From Bacteroidia bacterium (GTDB lineage Bacteria; Bacteroidota; Bacteroidia; Bacteroidales; VadinHA17), in contig JAPLDX010000056.1 of the NCBI GenBank assembly GCA_026391215.1, positions 1-64,000 of the forward strand: a stretch of 64,000 nt of DNA. The letters run 5' to 3'. Below the pieces are notes generated by a model. It saw nothing but the letters and a program-made list of their open reading frames with translations, was not told the DNA's origin and did not search any database. A program made the position numbers and the translations under genes. This document shows, piece by piece, positions 52,029 through 60,458 of the stretch; positions within the stretch are counted from its first letter, which is position 1, and each line of letters starts with the position of its first letter.

Positions 52029-52811
52029 ATGAAAAAATCGCTGCTGTTATCATTTACAGTTGTGTTATCCTTTTTATTATCACTCAGTTTTAATATTGAG
52101 GGTCAGACTGTAGTATTCTCAGAAAATTTCTCAGGTTTCTCCAACGGTACACATGCTTCTCAATCTTCGTATGATTATTCGGGTGTTCTTGACACAAAAA
52201 CCCAGCTGCCCGGATGGACAGGATATAAGGTCTATTCAGCGGGCGGAGAGATCAAGCTGGGTACTTCAGATGTACCCGGATGGATTGAGACTCCGTCAAT
52301 TGATTTGTCGGGATATGAAGGAGATGTTTTCATTGAATTTGATATTTCAAGATGGCCGGATGATGCTGCAATTGTACAGGTTTCACTTAACGGCTTTCCG
52401 CTTGGTAATACAATTGCTCCTGCCGATGAATTCCAGACTGTAGAAATACTGCTTACTGAGGAAATCACTTCAGCAAAGATAAAATTTGAATCTCTCGCGA
52501 AAAGGTTCTTCCTTGATAATGTCCGGGTTGTTGCTCAGAATGCCACATCTGCCGGCAATAATTATAAATTTGAATCCCGGATAAAAGTGTACCCGAACCC
52601 TGCCGGTGATTTAATCAATATCGACAATTTGAATGGAATAAGCAGGTTAGAGATTATTAACTTAAACGGAAGAGTAATGGAAGCGATTGACCTTTCAGAT
52701 ACAGAAAAGGTTGATCTGGCTTTGAACGACTTTCCGCCGGGCATTTATTTAATAAGATTTTTCACCGGCAGGAGTTCTTTTACAACAAGGTTTGTAAAAT
52801 ATAAAAAGTAA
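52029..52811 (+). CDS. Small T9SS substrate with type A CTD
   Basis: Signal peptide; beta-rich domain; IKVYPNP, GIYLIRF, RFVK. Confidence 0.85.
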   Translation: MKKSLLLSFTVVLSFLLSLSFNIEGQTVVFSENFSGFSNGTHASQSSYDYSGVLDTKTQLPGWTGYKVYSAGGEIKLGTSDVPGWIETPSIDLSGYEGDVFIEFDISRWPDDAAIVQVSLNGFPLGNTIAPADEFQTVEILLTEEITSAKIKFESLAKRFFLDNVRVVAQNATSAGNNYKFESRIKVYPNPAGDLINIDNLNGISRLEIINLNGRVMEAIDLSDTEKVDLALNDFPPGIYLIRFFTGRSSFTTRFVKYKK

Positions 52812-52924
52812 TTGGGGAGAAAACAATCTCTTTTTTTCTGCAGACCGTAATTCTTTAAAGAAAATTGCCCAAATTTGCGCAGGTCCGTCTTCGTCCCGAG
52901 GACTCGGGGCTTCGGTGGATAAAT

Positions 52925-53013
52925 GGAGAGATGGCAGAGCGGTCGAATGCGGCGGTCTCGAAAACCGTTGTCCTGCTTACGCGGGACCGGGGGTTCGAAT
53001 CCCCCTCTCTCCG
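52925..53013 (+). tRNA. tRNA-Ser(CGA)
   Basis: GGAGAGA/TCTCTCC acceptor stem, anticodon arm GCGGT-CTCGAAA-ACCGT, long variable arm, GGTTCGAATCC; CCA not encoded. Confidence 0.96.
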
Positions 53014-53026
53014 CAAAACTTTAATG

Positions 53027-53054
53027 AACCCCGCGAACGCGGGGTTGTTTATTT
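53027..53054 (+). terminator. Probable tRNA terminator hairpin
   Basis: AACCCCGC-GAAC-GCGGGGTT followed by GTTTATTT. Confidence 0.55.
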
Positions 53055-53198
53055 GACCGAAGCCCCATTAAAAGCTTGCTTTTATAAGGGGCTGAAGGGA
53101 AAATAAATAGACTCGTAAGGGTTCATTAAAACTTTGCTGGTATCCACCAGGGGATCACACCTGAACGGAGTGAGGGTGTAATCCCCTTTTTATATTAC

Positions 53199-53282
53199 GC
53201 CCCTTCAGGGCTAACAATCATTTATTAGCCTCCTGCCACCGGCGGTTGCCGGTGGTTATTCAAATTATGCCCTTTCAGGGCT
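53199..53282. repeat. Three-part REP/BIME-like element
   Basis: Direct repeats GCCCCTTCAGGGCT (53199) and GCCCTTTCAGGGCT (53269) flank hairpin GCCACCGGC-GGTT-GCCGGTGGT. Confidence 0.7.
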
Positions 53283-53425
53283 TATTGTATTTTGGTTTTG
53301 CCAGCCTTCTCCATAGGATCGTGAGCCCCGGATGGTACCTCTTTTTTCAACATTTTATCAGAGTGGCTCCTTAGTTTAGAATAGCTTGTTATCTTCGTAA
53401 ATTAATGTAATAAATAATCTAAAGC

Positions 53426-54658
53426 ATGGGACTCAGAGGCCGGCTTATCATAATGAACTTCCTCCAGTTCTTTATCTGGGGATCGTGGTTGCTAACCATC
53501 GGGGCATATTGGTTTCAGAACAAAAACTGGTCAGGAACCGATTTCGGAGCTATCTTTTCAACAATGGGACTGGCTTCACTCTTCATGCCGGCCATTGCCG
53601 GGATCATTGCCGACAGGTGGGTCAATGCCGAAAGGGTGTATGGCATCTTTCACATTGCAGGTGCCGTCCTGCTTACACTAATTCCGTCCATCACTAATCC
53701 TGACACCTTTTTCTGGATTCTGCTGCTTACGATGATGTTCTACATGCCCACCCTGGCTCTGGCTATCACGGTGGCATACAGCTCTATGAAAAAGAGTGGT
53801 ATGGATATAATAAAGGATTACCCGCCGGTGAGGGTCTGGGGTACGATCGGCTTCATAGTGGCGCTGTGGGTGGTAAGCCTGCTGGGCTTTGAAACCTCAC
53901 CCTTGCAGTTCTATGTTGCGGCTGCCGCCTCTCTCCTGCTTGGTCTCTATGCCTTTACCCTCCCAAAGTGTCCGCCACTGGGCAGGGGACACAAGAAGAA
54001 ACTGGCAGAAGAGCTGGGTCTCAATGCCTTCAGACTTTTCAAAAGTTCCAAAATGGCCATCTTTTTCATCTTCGCCATGCTCCTGGGCGGTGCTCTGCAG
54101 CTGACCAACGCCTACGGCGACACTTTTCTGCACGATTTTGCAGACATACCGGAGTATAAAGACCTTCTTGCCGTAAGGTATCCAGCCATAATAATGTCAG
54201 TCTCACAGATCTCCGAAACCCTCTTCATTCTTACCATTCCCTTTTTCCTGAAAAAATTCGGGATAAAGAAGGTGATGCTGATGAGCATGGTGGCTTGGAT
54301 TCTCCGTTTCGGCCTGTTCGGATTCGGAAATCCCGCCGAAGGGCTCTGGCTGATCATCCTCTCATGCATCATTTACGGTATGGCCTTTGATTTCTTCAAT
54401 ATCTCGGGTTCCCTCTTCGTTGAGACCCAGTGTACTCCTGACATACGTGCCAGCGGCCAGGGCCTGTTCATGATGATGACTAACGGCTTCGGTGCTTTCC
54501 TTGGCAGCAGGATAAGCGGGATCGTGATTGACAAATACTTTACCCTGGGAGGCGGCGTATTCGACTGGAAGGGGATCTGGTTCACCTTTGCGGGTTATGC
54601 CCTGGTGGTGGTAATCCTCTTCGTCATACTCTTCAGGCATAAGCATGTTCAGAAGTAA
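53426..54658 (+). CDS. nupG: Nucleoside:H+ symporter (NupG/XapB-like MFS)
   Basis: MNFLQFF.WG.W, ADRW, YMPT, RVWGTIGF, Q.SE, AFDFFN.SG, QGL...MTNG.G; TATCTTCG at 53390-53397. Confidence 0.85.
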   Translation: MGLRGRLIIMNFLQFFIWGSWLLTIGAYWFQNKNWSGTDFGAIFSTMGLASLFMPAIAGIIADRWVNAERVYGIFHIAGAVLLTLIPSITNPDTFFWILLLTMMFYMPTLALAITVAYSSMKKSGMDIIKDYPPVRVWGTIGFIVALWVVSLLGFETSPLQFYVAAAASLLLGLYAFTLPKCPPLGRGHKKKLAEELGLNAFRLFKSSKMAIFFIFAMLLGGALQLTNAYGDTFLHDFADIPEYKDLLAVRYPAIIMSVSQISETLFILTIPFFLKKFGIKKVMLMSMVAWILRFGLFGFGNPAEGLWLIILSCIIYGMAFDFFNISGSLFVETQCTPDIRASGQGLFMMMTNGFGAFLGSRISGIVIDKYFTLGGGVFDWKGIWFTFAGYALVVVILFVILFRHKHVQK

Positions 54659-55449
54659 ACAGCTACCTGCCCTTGTTCAGGGAGAGCCCTGTAGATGATC
54701 TTTGCGTCGGTGCGGGGGATCCGTAGTTTAATAAATGGCTGATAATCAGGTACCCTGAAAGTAACAACTCTTAAGAATGTATTCCCGGCATTGATCAGCC
54801 TGTACCGCAGGTTAAATATGAAAAGACGTATCCCGTCACCAGACCGTAATTTTCCTTCCTGATAGATAAAAAGTCTCGTTCCGTTATCCATTTCCAAAAT
54901 GTAGTTCACCGGTTCATAATCGGCAGTATCGGGAATAATATCAGGTTTGAATTCAGAAGTATCTTTAGGAGCCATCCTGATCATGAGCGGTTCCTTCTCA
55001 ATGGAAGCTATACTCTTACTGATCGTAAATGGATTGGAAAGCATTGACAGAATGACATAATCGTTTTTTGCGCTTAACATCCTGCTGACTTTCATCTTCT
55101 TTATATCTGCTTTATGGACAACCACACCGTTTATCTCAAGGTTTACAGTACTATCAGGCATGTCGATAGTAAGGTAAATTGAATCGGACTCAGCCATTGC
55201 AACTTTTGACTGAAGGAATGATTTCTCCTTTAATAATGACAGATATGTTGAATCAGTAAATATCCTTTCGTCGACAGGTTTCTTTTCATCCTGCCTGAAC
55301 CCGTATATGTTTTTTAATTCTTTATATTTTTTTGCCGGGGCCAGCAATGTCATGATCGAATAATAAATCAGGAAACACAGTACGATGACTATCCATACAA
55401 TTATTTTGTATTTCCTGTCTGCAGATGTATATTCTTTTTCTGTTTCCAT
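54649..55449 (-). CDS. Membrane-anchored L,D-transpeptidase-like protein lacking catalytic His/Cys
   Basis: N-terminal TM; aligns by eye to neighbouring YkuD domain (YLTID...VNL...G; IKL....DAK.IY..L..G.V.V); no HG or GC motif. Confidence 0.55.
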   Translation of the reverse strand: METEKEYTSADRKYKIIVWIVIVLCFLIYYSIMTLLAPAKKYKELKNIYGFRQDEKKPVDERIFTDSTYLSLLKEKSFLQSKVAMAESDSIYLTIDMPDSTVNLEINGVVVHKADIKKMKVSRMLSAKNDYVILSMLSNPFTISKSIASIEKEPLMIRMAPKDTSEFKPDIIPDTADYEPVNYILEMDNGTRLFIYQEGKLRSGDGIRLFIFNLRYRLINAGNTFLRVVTFRVPDYQPFIKLRIPRTDAKIIYRALPEQGQVAVYF

Positions 55450-55466
55450 ATCGGTTCTTATCCGGA

Positions 55467-56279
55467 TCAGAATATGTATACTTTAGATCCTATGCTGAGG
55501 GTATTAAAAATAACCTTCAGATCTTCATCATTAAGACGGACACAACCATGAGTTACGGGCATGCCCAGAAACCTTTTGTAAATGGTTCCGTGGATCAGGT
55601 AACCATCACCCAGGGCGAGCGCATATTCTCCAAGCACTCCGTATTCATACCTCGAATAGTGGTCCTGAGGAGGTATTGGCAGTCCTTCCTCAACAAATGC
55701 CCAGTCAGGTTTCTTCCAGTAAGGATTTGTAGTTTTCCCCTGTATCCAGAATCTTCCCTTTGGAGTCTTAAATGTCCAGCTTCTTCCTTCCTCTGTTTTT
55801 AGCAATTTATAACTGCCTGTGCTGCAATGGCCTTCTCTCACAAGCTTCTTATTCCTGTAAAGACAAAAGAGGTTATCAGTTGTGTTGATCACAAGGTATG
55901 ATTGACCCGATGTATAGCTGTTATATTTTCTTGAAAGACGCTGAACATCTCTCTTTATCTGAGCTATCTGTTTCTTATAAACTGCGTCCTTCTTCAGTTC
56001 ATCTGAATTTTCAATGACAATTTTTACCACCCGGGGAATCTCTTGTATTGCCGGAATTGCATTGATAAAAAAGGCAAACAGTGAAGCTATGATTAATAAG
56101 ATAAGGAGCCCCATTGATAATGGCCGCAGAACTCTTATAACCTTTTCATTATCAAGTATTCTCTGGTAAAATGAATTGCCGGTGCCTTTTATCTCTTCTG
56201 TGGCATCAGGATCATTTTCAGCCGGTGTCTTTTCTATGCCGGGAAGTAATCCGTTATCAGGTATGAATTCATCTTCCAT
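55467..56279 (-). CDS. L,D-transpeptidase (YkuD, ErfK/YbiS-like), single TM
   Basis: CSTG, F.TP.G, NP.W..PDW, YLIHGT, THGCVRL. Confidence 0.92.
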   Translation of the reverse strand: MEDEFIPDNGLLPGIEKTPAENDPDATEEIKGTGNSFYQRILDNEKVIRVLRPLSMGLLILLIIASLFAFFINAIPAIQEIPRVVKIVIENSDELKKDAVYKKQIAQIKRDVQRLSRKYNSYTSGQSYLVINTTDNLFCLYRNKKLVREGHCSTGSYKLLKTEEGRSWTFKTPKGRFWIQGKTTNPYWKKPDWAFVEEGLPIPPQDHYSRYEYGVLGEYALALGDGYLIHGTIYKRFLGMPVTHGCVRLNDEDLKVIFNTLSIGSKVYIF

Positions 56280-56289
56280 CAGTGCAGAT

Positions 56290-57349
56290 TTATCTGTTCA
56301 GGACATGCCTGAGGCTGTACATAGATCCAACAATTGTTACAGGAGTTCCCTCCCTCACATACTTGAATATACTATCCATTTCCCTGTCTTTCAGAGCGAT
56401 GCATCCCGCAGTCCAGTCTGCGCCTCTTCCGCCGTTTCCATGAATTTCTATCATATCCCCTATCCTGGCTGAGCGTGATATACTGCCGCTTTCTATGGCA
56501 TGATTGAATTCCAATGTATCCTCCTCATTCGGGTAGTTAATCAGAAGCGCCTTATAATACTTGGTACTGTCACTTTCAAATTTCCTGGATATTTTATACA
56601 TGCCCTCAGGCCGCAGTGAATTCGGTAATTTTTGTTCCGTCAAGATAAACAAAAAATTTATGTGAAAATTTGTCGACGATGATCGAGTAATCATGACTTT
56701 CTCTCGATAAGGCTAAAGTGCTGTCAATCCATATTTTCCATTGAGGATATGATCTGAAATAACTCTTCAGGTTTTCATCAGCATATTGATAAGAAGATCC
56801 CAGGAGAGACTTTGAATCTGATATCTTGCTCTCTGCCTGGAGGTAATTGCCTTCCCTATAAGCTAATTCCGCTTCCCTCATCAGCATTTTTCCCAATGAT
56901 ATCTTATTACGTACTTCGATTGTCAGGGGATATGTCGGGAAGATCTTATTGATCTTTGCCATAAGGTCGTTAATGTCTTTCAACTCCTGTTCCAGGCGGA
57001 CCCTGAGGCTTGAAGTATTGTATACTGAGATTTCAGAAGCTTCTTTTGCTTTATTTGAGGATAATTCAGCCAGGGCGAGTATTTTGCTGTAATTTCTTTT
57101 ATAGATGAACTTTGTGTTTTCGCGCCTCCAGTTGGCCATTGCAGAATCGTAACAATTCATGGTTTCTTTGAACAGTTCCTCTGAGTAGATATCAGCTTTG
57201 TTTTTGCGGGCCAGGGAAATAGCTTCACGTGCCTCCTTCATTTCTTTTGCGGGAGGAGGAGGAACAGGATAAAAGAAAAGGAAAACCATCAGGGTTATGA
57301 AAACTGCAATTGCAGAAATTATAAGAATATGCCACCAGGGTTTTCCCAT
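56290..57349 (-). pseudogene. Frameshifted L,D-transpeptidase-family gene with N-terminal helical (DUF4398-like) stalk
   Basis: ORF 56606-57349 ends IIVDK...FFVY..G....EFTA; another frame resumes PEGMYKI...YKALLINYPN..D, IEIHG, DWTAGCIAL; junction at 56611/56610. Confidence 0.82.
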
Positions 57350-57370
57350 TAAAAGTGATTTTAGTTACCC

Positions 57371-57398
57371 AAAAAAAACCCCGGGGATAAACCCGGGG
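57371..57398 (-). terminator. Intrinsic terminator after the helical lipoprotein gene
   Basis: Minus strand CCCCGGG-TTTATC-CCCGGGG followed by T8. Confidence 0.85.
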
Positions 57399-57429
57399 AT
57401 ATTTCTTATTTCATGAAATTGATGACAGA

Positions 57430-58026
57430 TTAGAATCTGATCCTTGCTTTTGTTAAAGCTTCCTTGATTTCAGCGTTCAAACCGTCAGCTTTTTCTTTAG
57501 CAGCTTTGATCTTGTTAAGTGCATCCATGAAAGCACCCTTGTCATATGCGCCCTGAGCTTCAGCAACTGCAGCGTCGACATTTGACAGGTCAGCTTTGAT
57601 CTGCTCAATAACAGCAGCACCTTCTTTACCTCTCGGGAGTTTGAGAACGAGCTTGCCGTTTTCAGTAACAACATTCTTTATGTCGTTCAGAAGAGTTTCA
57701 GCTTCTTTCTTAATTTCATCTTTCTTGGCGGCTACTTTACCGGCGACCTCATTTGCCAGTGTTGTAACAGCAGCTAATTTTTCTTTTTCAGCTGCCATGC
57801 CTTTAAATAATTTTCCTTCTTTGGCTTCAATTGCAGCCATAACAGCGTTCAGTGAATCCTGTACTGCTGCGAATTCAGCAGGTAAATAAACATTAGCTTC
57901 TGCTACCTTAGCAGCCTCAATAGCAGCATTGGTTGCATCAATTTCAACTTGCGGTTTTTTTCCGCAACTGGAAAGAACAGCAACCATTGCGATAGCTGCC
58001 AGTCCCATTAAAATTTTACTTTTCAT
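57430..58026 (-). CDS. Ala/Lys-rich alpha-helical lipoprotein (DUF4398-like)
   Basis: Lipobox VLSS-C; P..E.....AI..A....A..Y.P.EF pattern; heavy use of GCT/AAA/GAA codons. Confidence 0.82.
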   Translation of the reverse strand: MKSKILMGLAAIAMVAVLSSCGKKPQVEIDATNAAIEAAKVAEANVYLPAEFAAVQDSLNAVMAAIEAKEGKLFKGMAAEKEKLAAVTTLANEVAGKVAAKKDEIKKEAETLLNDIKNVVTENGKLVLKLPRGKEGAAVIEQIKADLSNVDAAVAEAQGAYDKGAFMDALNKIKAAKEKADGLNAEIKEALTKARIRF

Positions 58027-58107
58027 TTCTAGATTTTTTAATACTTTGTTTATTTAAAACTTCCGATTTGTTTAAAATTAATCGTTTTAGTTTAAATTTT
58101 TACGGTG

Positions 58108-58115
58108 CGAAGATA
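58108..58115 (-). promoter_or_regulatory. Candidate -7 promoter of the lipoprotein/L,D-transpeptidase operon
   Basis: TATCTTCG(CA), one mismatch to TAnnTTTG, in AT-rich intergenic DNA. Confidence 0.5.
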
Positions 58116-58213
58116 CTATAATTTAGTGATATAGCAATGGAAAAATGAATAATATTTTTTCATTTATCAACAGGCCTGTTCAAATAATCACATGCAATAT
58201 ATCTCAAGTTATA

Positions 58214-60454
58214 CTAATCAATAATAGAAAATTCCGTTTTTTTATTATCGGTAGAGTTTGTTCCGATAAAGAGTTCAAAGTCACCCGGATCATAGCTGTA
58301 ACTCATATCCTGATGATAATACGACAGATCTTTCGGGTATATCGTAAAAGATATACTGGCTGTTTCCCCTTTCCTTATCAGGACCTTCATAAAACCCTTC
58401 AGCTCCTTAACAGGTCTTGTCACATCGCCGATAAGGTCCCTGATATAAAGCTGCACAATTTCTTCTCCATCCCTGTCGCCGGTATTTTTCACCTCAACAG
58501 AAGCGATAATCTGTTCAGTTCCCCCGAATGATTGCTTGTTAAGCTTTATATCCGAGTAACTGAATGTTGTATAACTCAATCCGTAGCCAAAAGGATAGAG
58601 CGGAGTATTGGGACTGTCAAGATAATTTGATTTGAACTTCTCATAAGGATTTTCCCGATTTATAGGCCTTCCCGTATTCTTTGAATTATAGAATATTGGA
58701 ATTTGCCCGACATTCAGTGGGAATGTCATGGTGATCTTCCCTGAAGGATTCACGTCTCCGAACAGGACATCAGCAATTCCGTTTCCGGCCTCAGTGCCAC
58801 CAAACCATGTTTCAAGTATTGCCGGAGCCATTTTATCGAGTTTGGGAATTGCAAGAGGCCTCCCATTAAACAGGACTACGGCAACAGGTTTACCTGTCCT
58901 GATTATAGCCTCAGCCAGCTCCATCTGCACTCCTGGCAGGGAGATATCTGTACGGCTGGCAGCCTCGCCGCTCATCATGAAATTCTCTCCAAGGGCGAGG
59001 ATAATGAAATCAGCTTTTTTCGCTGTCGAAACTGCCTGGTTGATCCCGCTCAGGTCGTTATCATTCACATTGCATCCTTTTGCTGTTAATAAATTAACAG
59101 TACTTCCTACCTTGTTCTTAATTCCTTCAACCAGGGTGACAGCTTTATCAAACTGCCCTGCCCCAAACCAGAACCCGAGCATATCCATCTTTGAATCTGC
59201 AAGCGGACCGATCACAGCGATGGTCCTGGCTGACTTCGGAACGGGAAGCGTATTATTATTCTTAAGAAGTACGCATGATTTTGCCACAAATTCCCTGGCA
59301 AACGAGCGGTGCTCAGGAGTCATTATCTCCTCAGCTTCCCTCTTTTTATCACAGTATTTGTACGGATCATCGAATAATCCCAGTTTGTACTTTGCTACAA
59401 GGATCCTGCGAACCGCATTATCAAGTGTCTCTTCACTCACTTTCCCTGATTTCACCAGATCGGTAAGTTGTGTCAGAAATGCGCTTCCCTGCATATCCAT
59501 ATCAACTCCTGCATTCATTGCAAGCTCTGATGCTTGCGAAAGATCCGAAGCGACGCCATGAGGGATCAGCTCATTAAGCGAGCTATAGTCGGTTACGATA
59601 AAACCATCAAATTTCCAGTCATCGCGAAGCAGGTCGGTCAGCAGCCATCTGTTTGACGTTGCCGGAACTCCTGCAATTTCATTGAATGAAGTCATTACAG
59701 AACCGACACCTGCATCCACAGCTGCCTGATATGGAGGGAGATACCATTCATAGAGAGATCTCTCCGACATATCCACCACATGGTAGTCTCTTCCTCCCTG
59801 GGGCGCTCCGTAGGCTGCAAAGTGTTTCACACATGCAAGAACGGTATTATTATCTGACAATGAAGATCCCTGGAAACCTCGTACCCTGGCAGCTGATATC
59901 AGCGATCCCAGGAAGGTATCCTCACCTGCTCCTTCCATCACCCTTCCCCATCTTGGATCACGTGCAATATCTACCATAGGAGCAAATACCCAGTTGAGAC
60001 CCTCAGCCGTGGCTTCAATGGCTGCGATACGCTCTGATTTTTCGATCATTGCAGTATCCCATGATGCTGCCTGTCCAAGGTTTATCGGAAAGATTGTCCT
60101 GTGACCATGAATAACGTCATATCCAAAGATCAGAGGAATATGCAGGCGGGTTTCTTCAACGGCTATTTTCTGAAGATTCCTTACAAAATCCACAGTATAG
60201 GCATTAAAGACAGCGCCGACCTTTCCCTGCCTGATAAGATCAATATAATCATTCCTCATGGTCGGCCCGGTCAGTGACATGTCGCTTGTAAAAAGCGACA
60301 CCTGTCCTATCTTTTCATCGAGAGTCATAAGTTTGATAATGGAATCTGCCTTCTTGTTATAAAGAGATGCAACATCTCCCGGCTTTGTCTTGCAGCTACT
60401 CGCAAACATAATTGTTACAAGAAGGAGGACAATAGGTAATCGTCTGTTTTTCAT
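58214..60454 (-). CDS. bglX: GH3 beta-glucosidase lipoprotein
   Basis: MTLDEKIGQ, DVIHG, RDPRWGR..E..GED, KHFAAYG, IVTDY, SGEAASR, YPFGYGLSY, RPVKELKGF. Confidence 0.93.
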   Translation of the reverse strand: MKNRRLPIVLLLVTIMFASSCKTKPGDVASLYNKKADSIIKLMTLDEKIGQVSLFTSDMSLTGPTMRNDYIDLIRQGKVGAVFNAYTVDFVRNLQKIAVEETRLHIPLIFGYDVIHGHRTIFPINLGQAASWDTAMIEKSERIAAIEATAEGLNWVFAPMVDIARDPRWGRVMEGAGEDTFLGSLISAARVRGFQGSSLSDNNTVLACVKHFAAYGAPQGGRDYHVVDMSERSLYEWYLPPYQAAVDAGVGSVMTSFNEIAGVPATSNRWLLTDLLRDDWKFDGFIVTDYSSLNELIPHGVASDLSQASELAMNAGVDMDMQGSAFLTQLTDLVKSGKVSEETLDNAVRRILVAKYKLGLFDDPYKYCDKKREAEEIMTPEHRSFAREFVAKSCVLLKNNNTLPVPKSARTIAVIGPLADSKMDMLGFWFGAGQFDKAVTLVEGIKNKVGSTVNLLTAKGCNVNDNDLSGINQAVSTAKKADFIILALGENFMMSGEAASRTDISLPGVQMELAEAIIRTGKPVAVVLFNGRPLAIPKLDKMAPAILETWFGGTEAGNGIADVLFGDVNPSGKITMTFPLNVGQIPIFYNSKNTGRPINRENPYEKFKSNYLDSPNTPLYPFGYGLSYTTFSYSDIKLNKQSFGGTEQIIASVEVKNTGDRDGEEIVQLYIRDLIGDVTRPVKELKGFMKVLIRKGETASISFTIYPKDLSYYHQDMSYSYDPGDFELFIGTNSTDNKKTEFSIID

Positions 60455-60458
60455 GGGT

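Noticed and set aside
52865-53106. Two 63-aa ORFs
   Set aside because: Overlap tRNA-Ser and its flanking hairpins
53013-53300. CRISPR array or integrative island at tRNA-Ser
   Set aside because: No regular repeat-spacer periodicity, cas genes or integrase; no full tRNA 3' duplication found in the window
56600-56640. Programmed frameshift or TGA readthrough in the Ldt gene
   Set aside because: A conserved coding segment is missing, and readthrough of the TGA would not restore the catalytic frame
58728-59561. 277-aa plus-strand ORF
   Set aside because: Antisense shadow of the GH3 gene with no recognisable motifs
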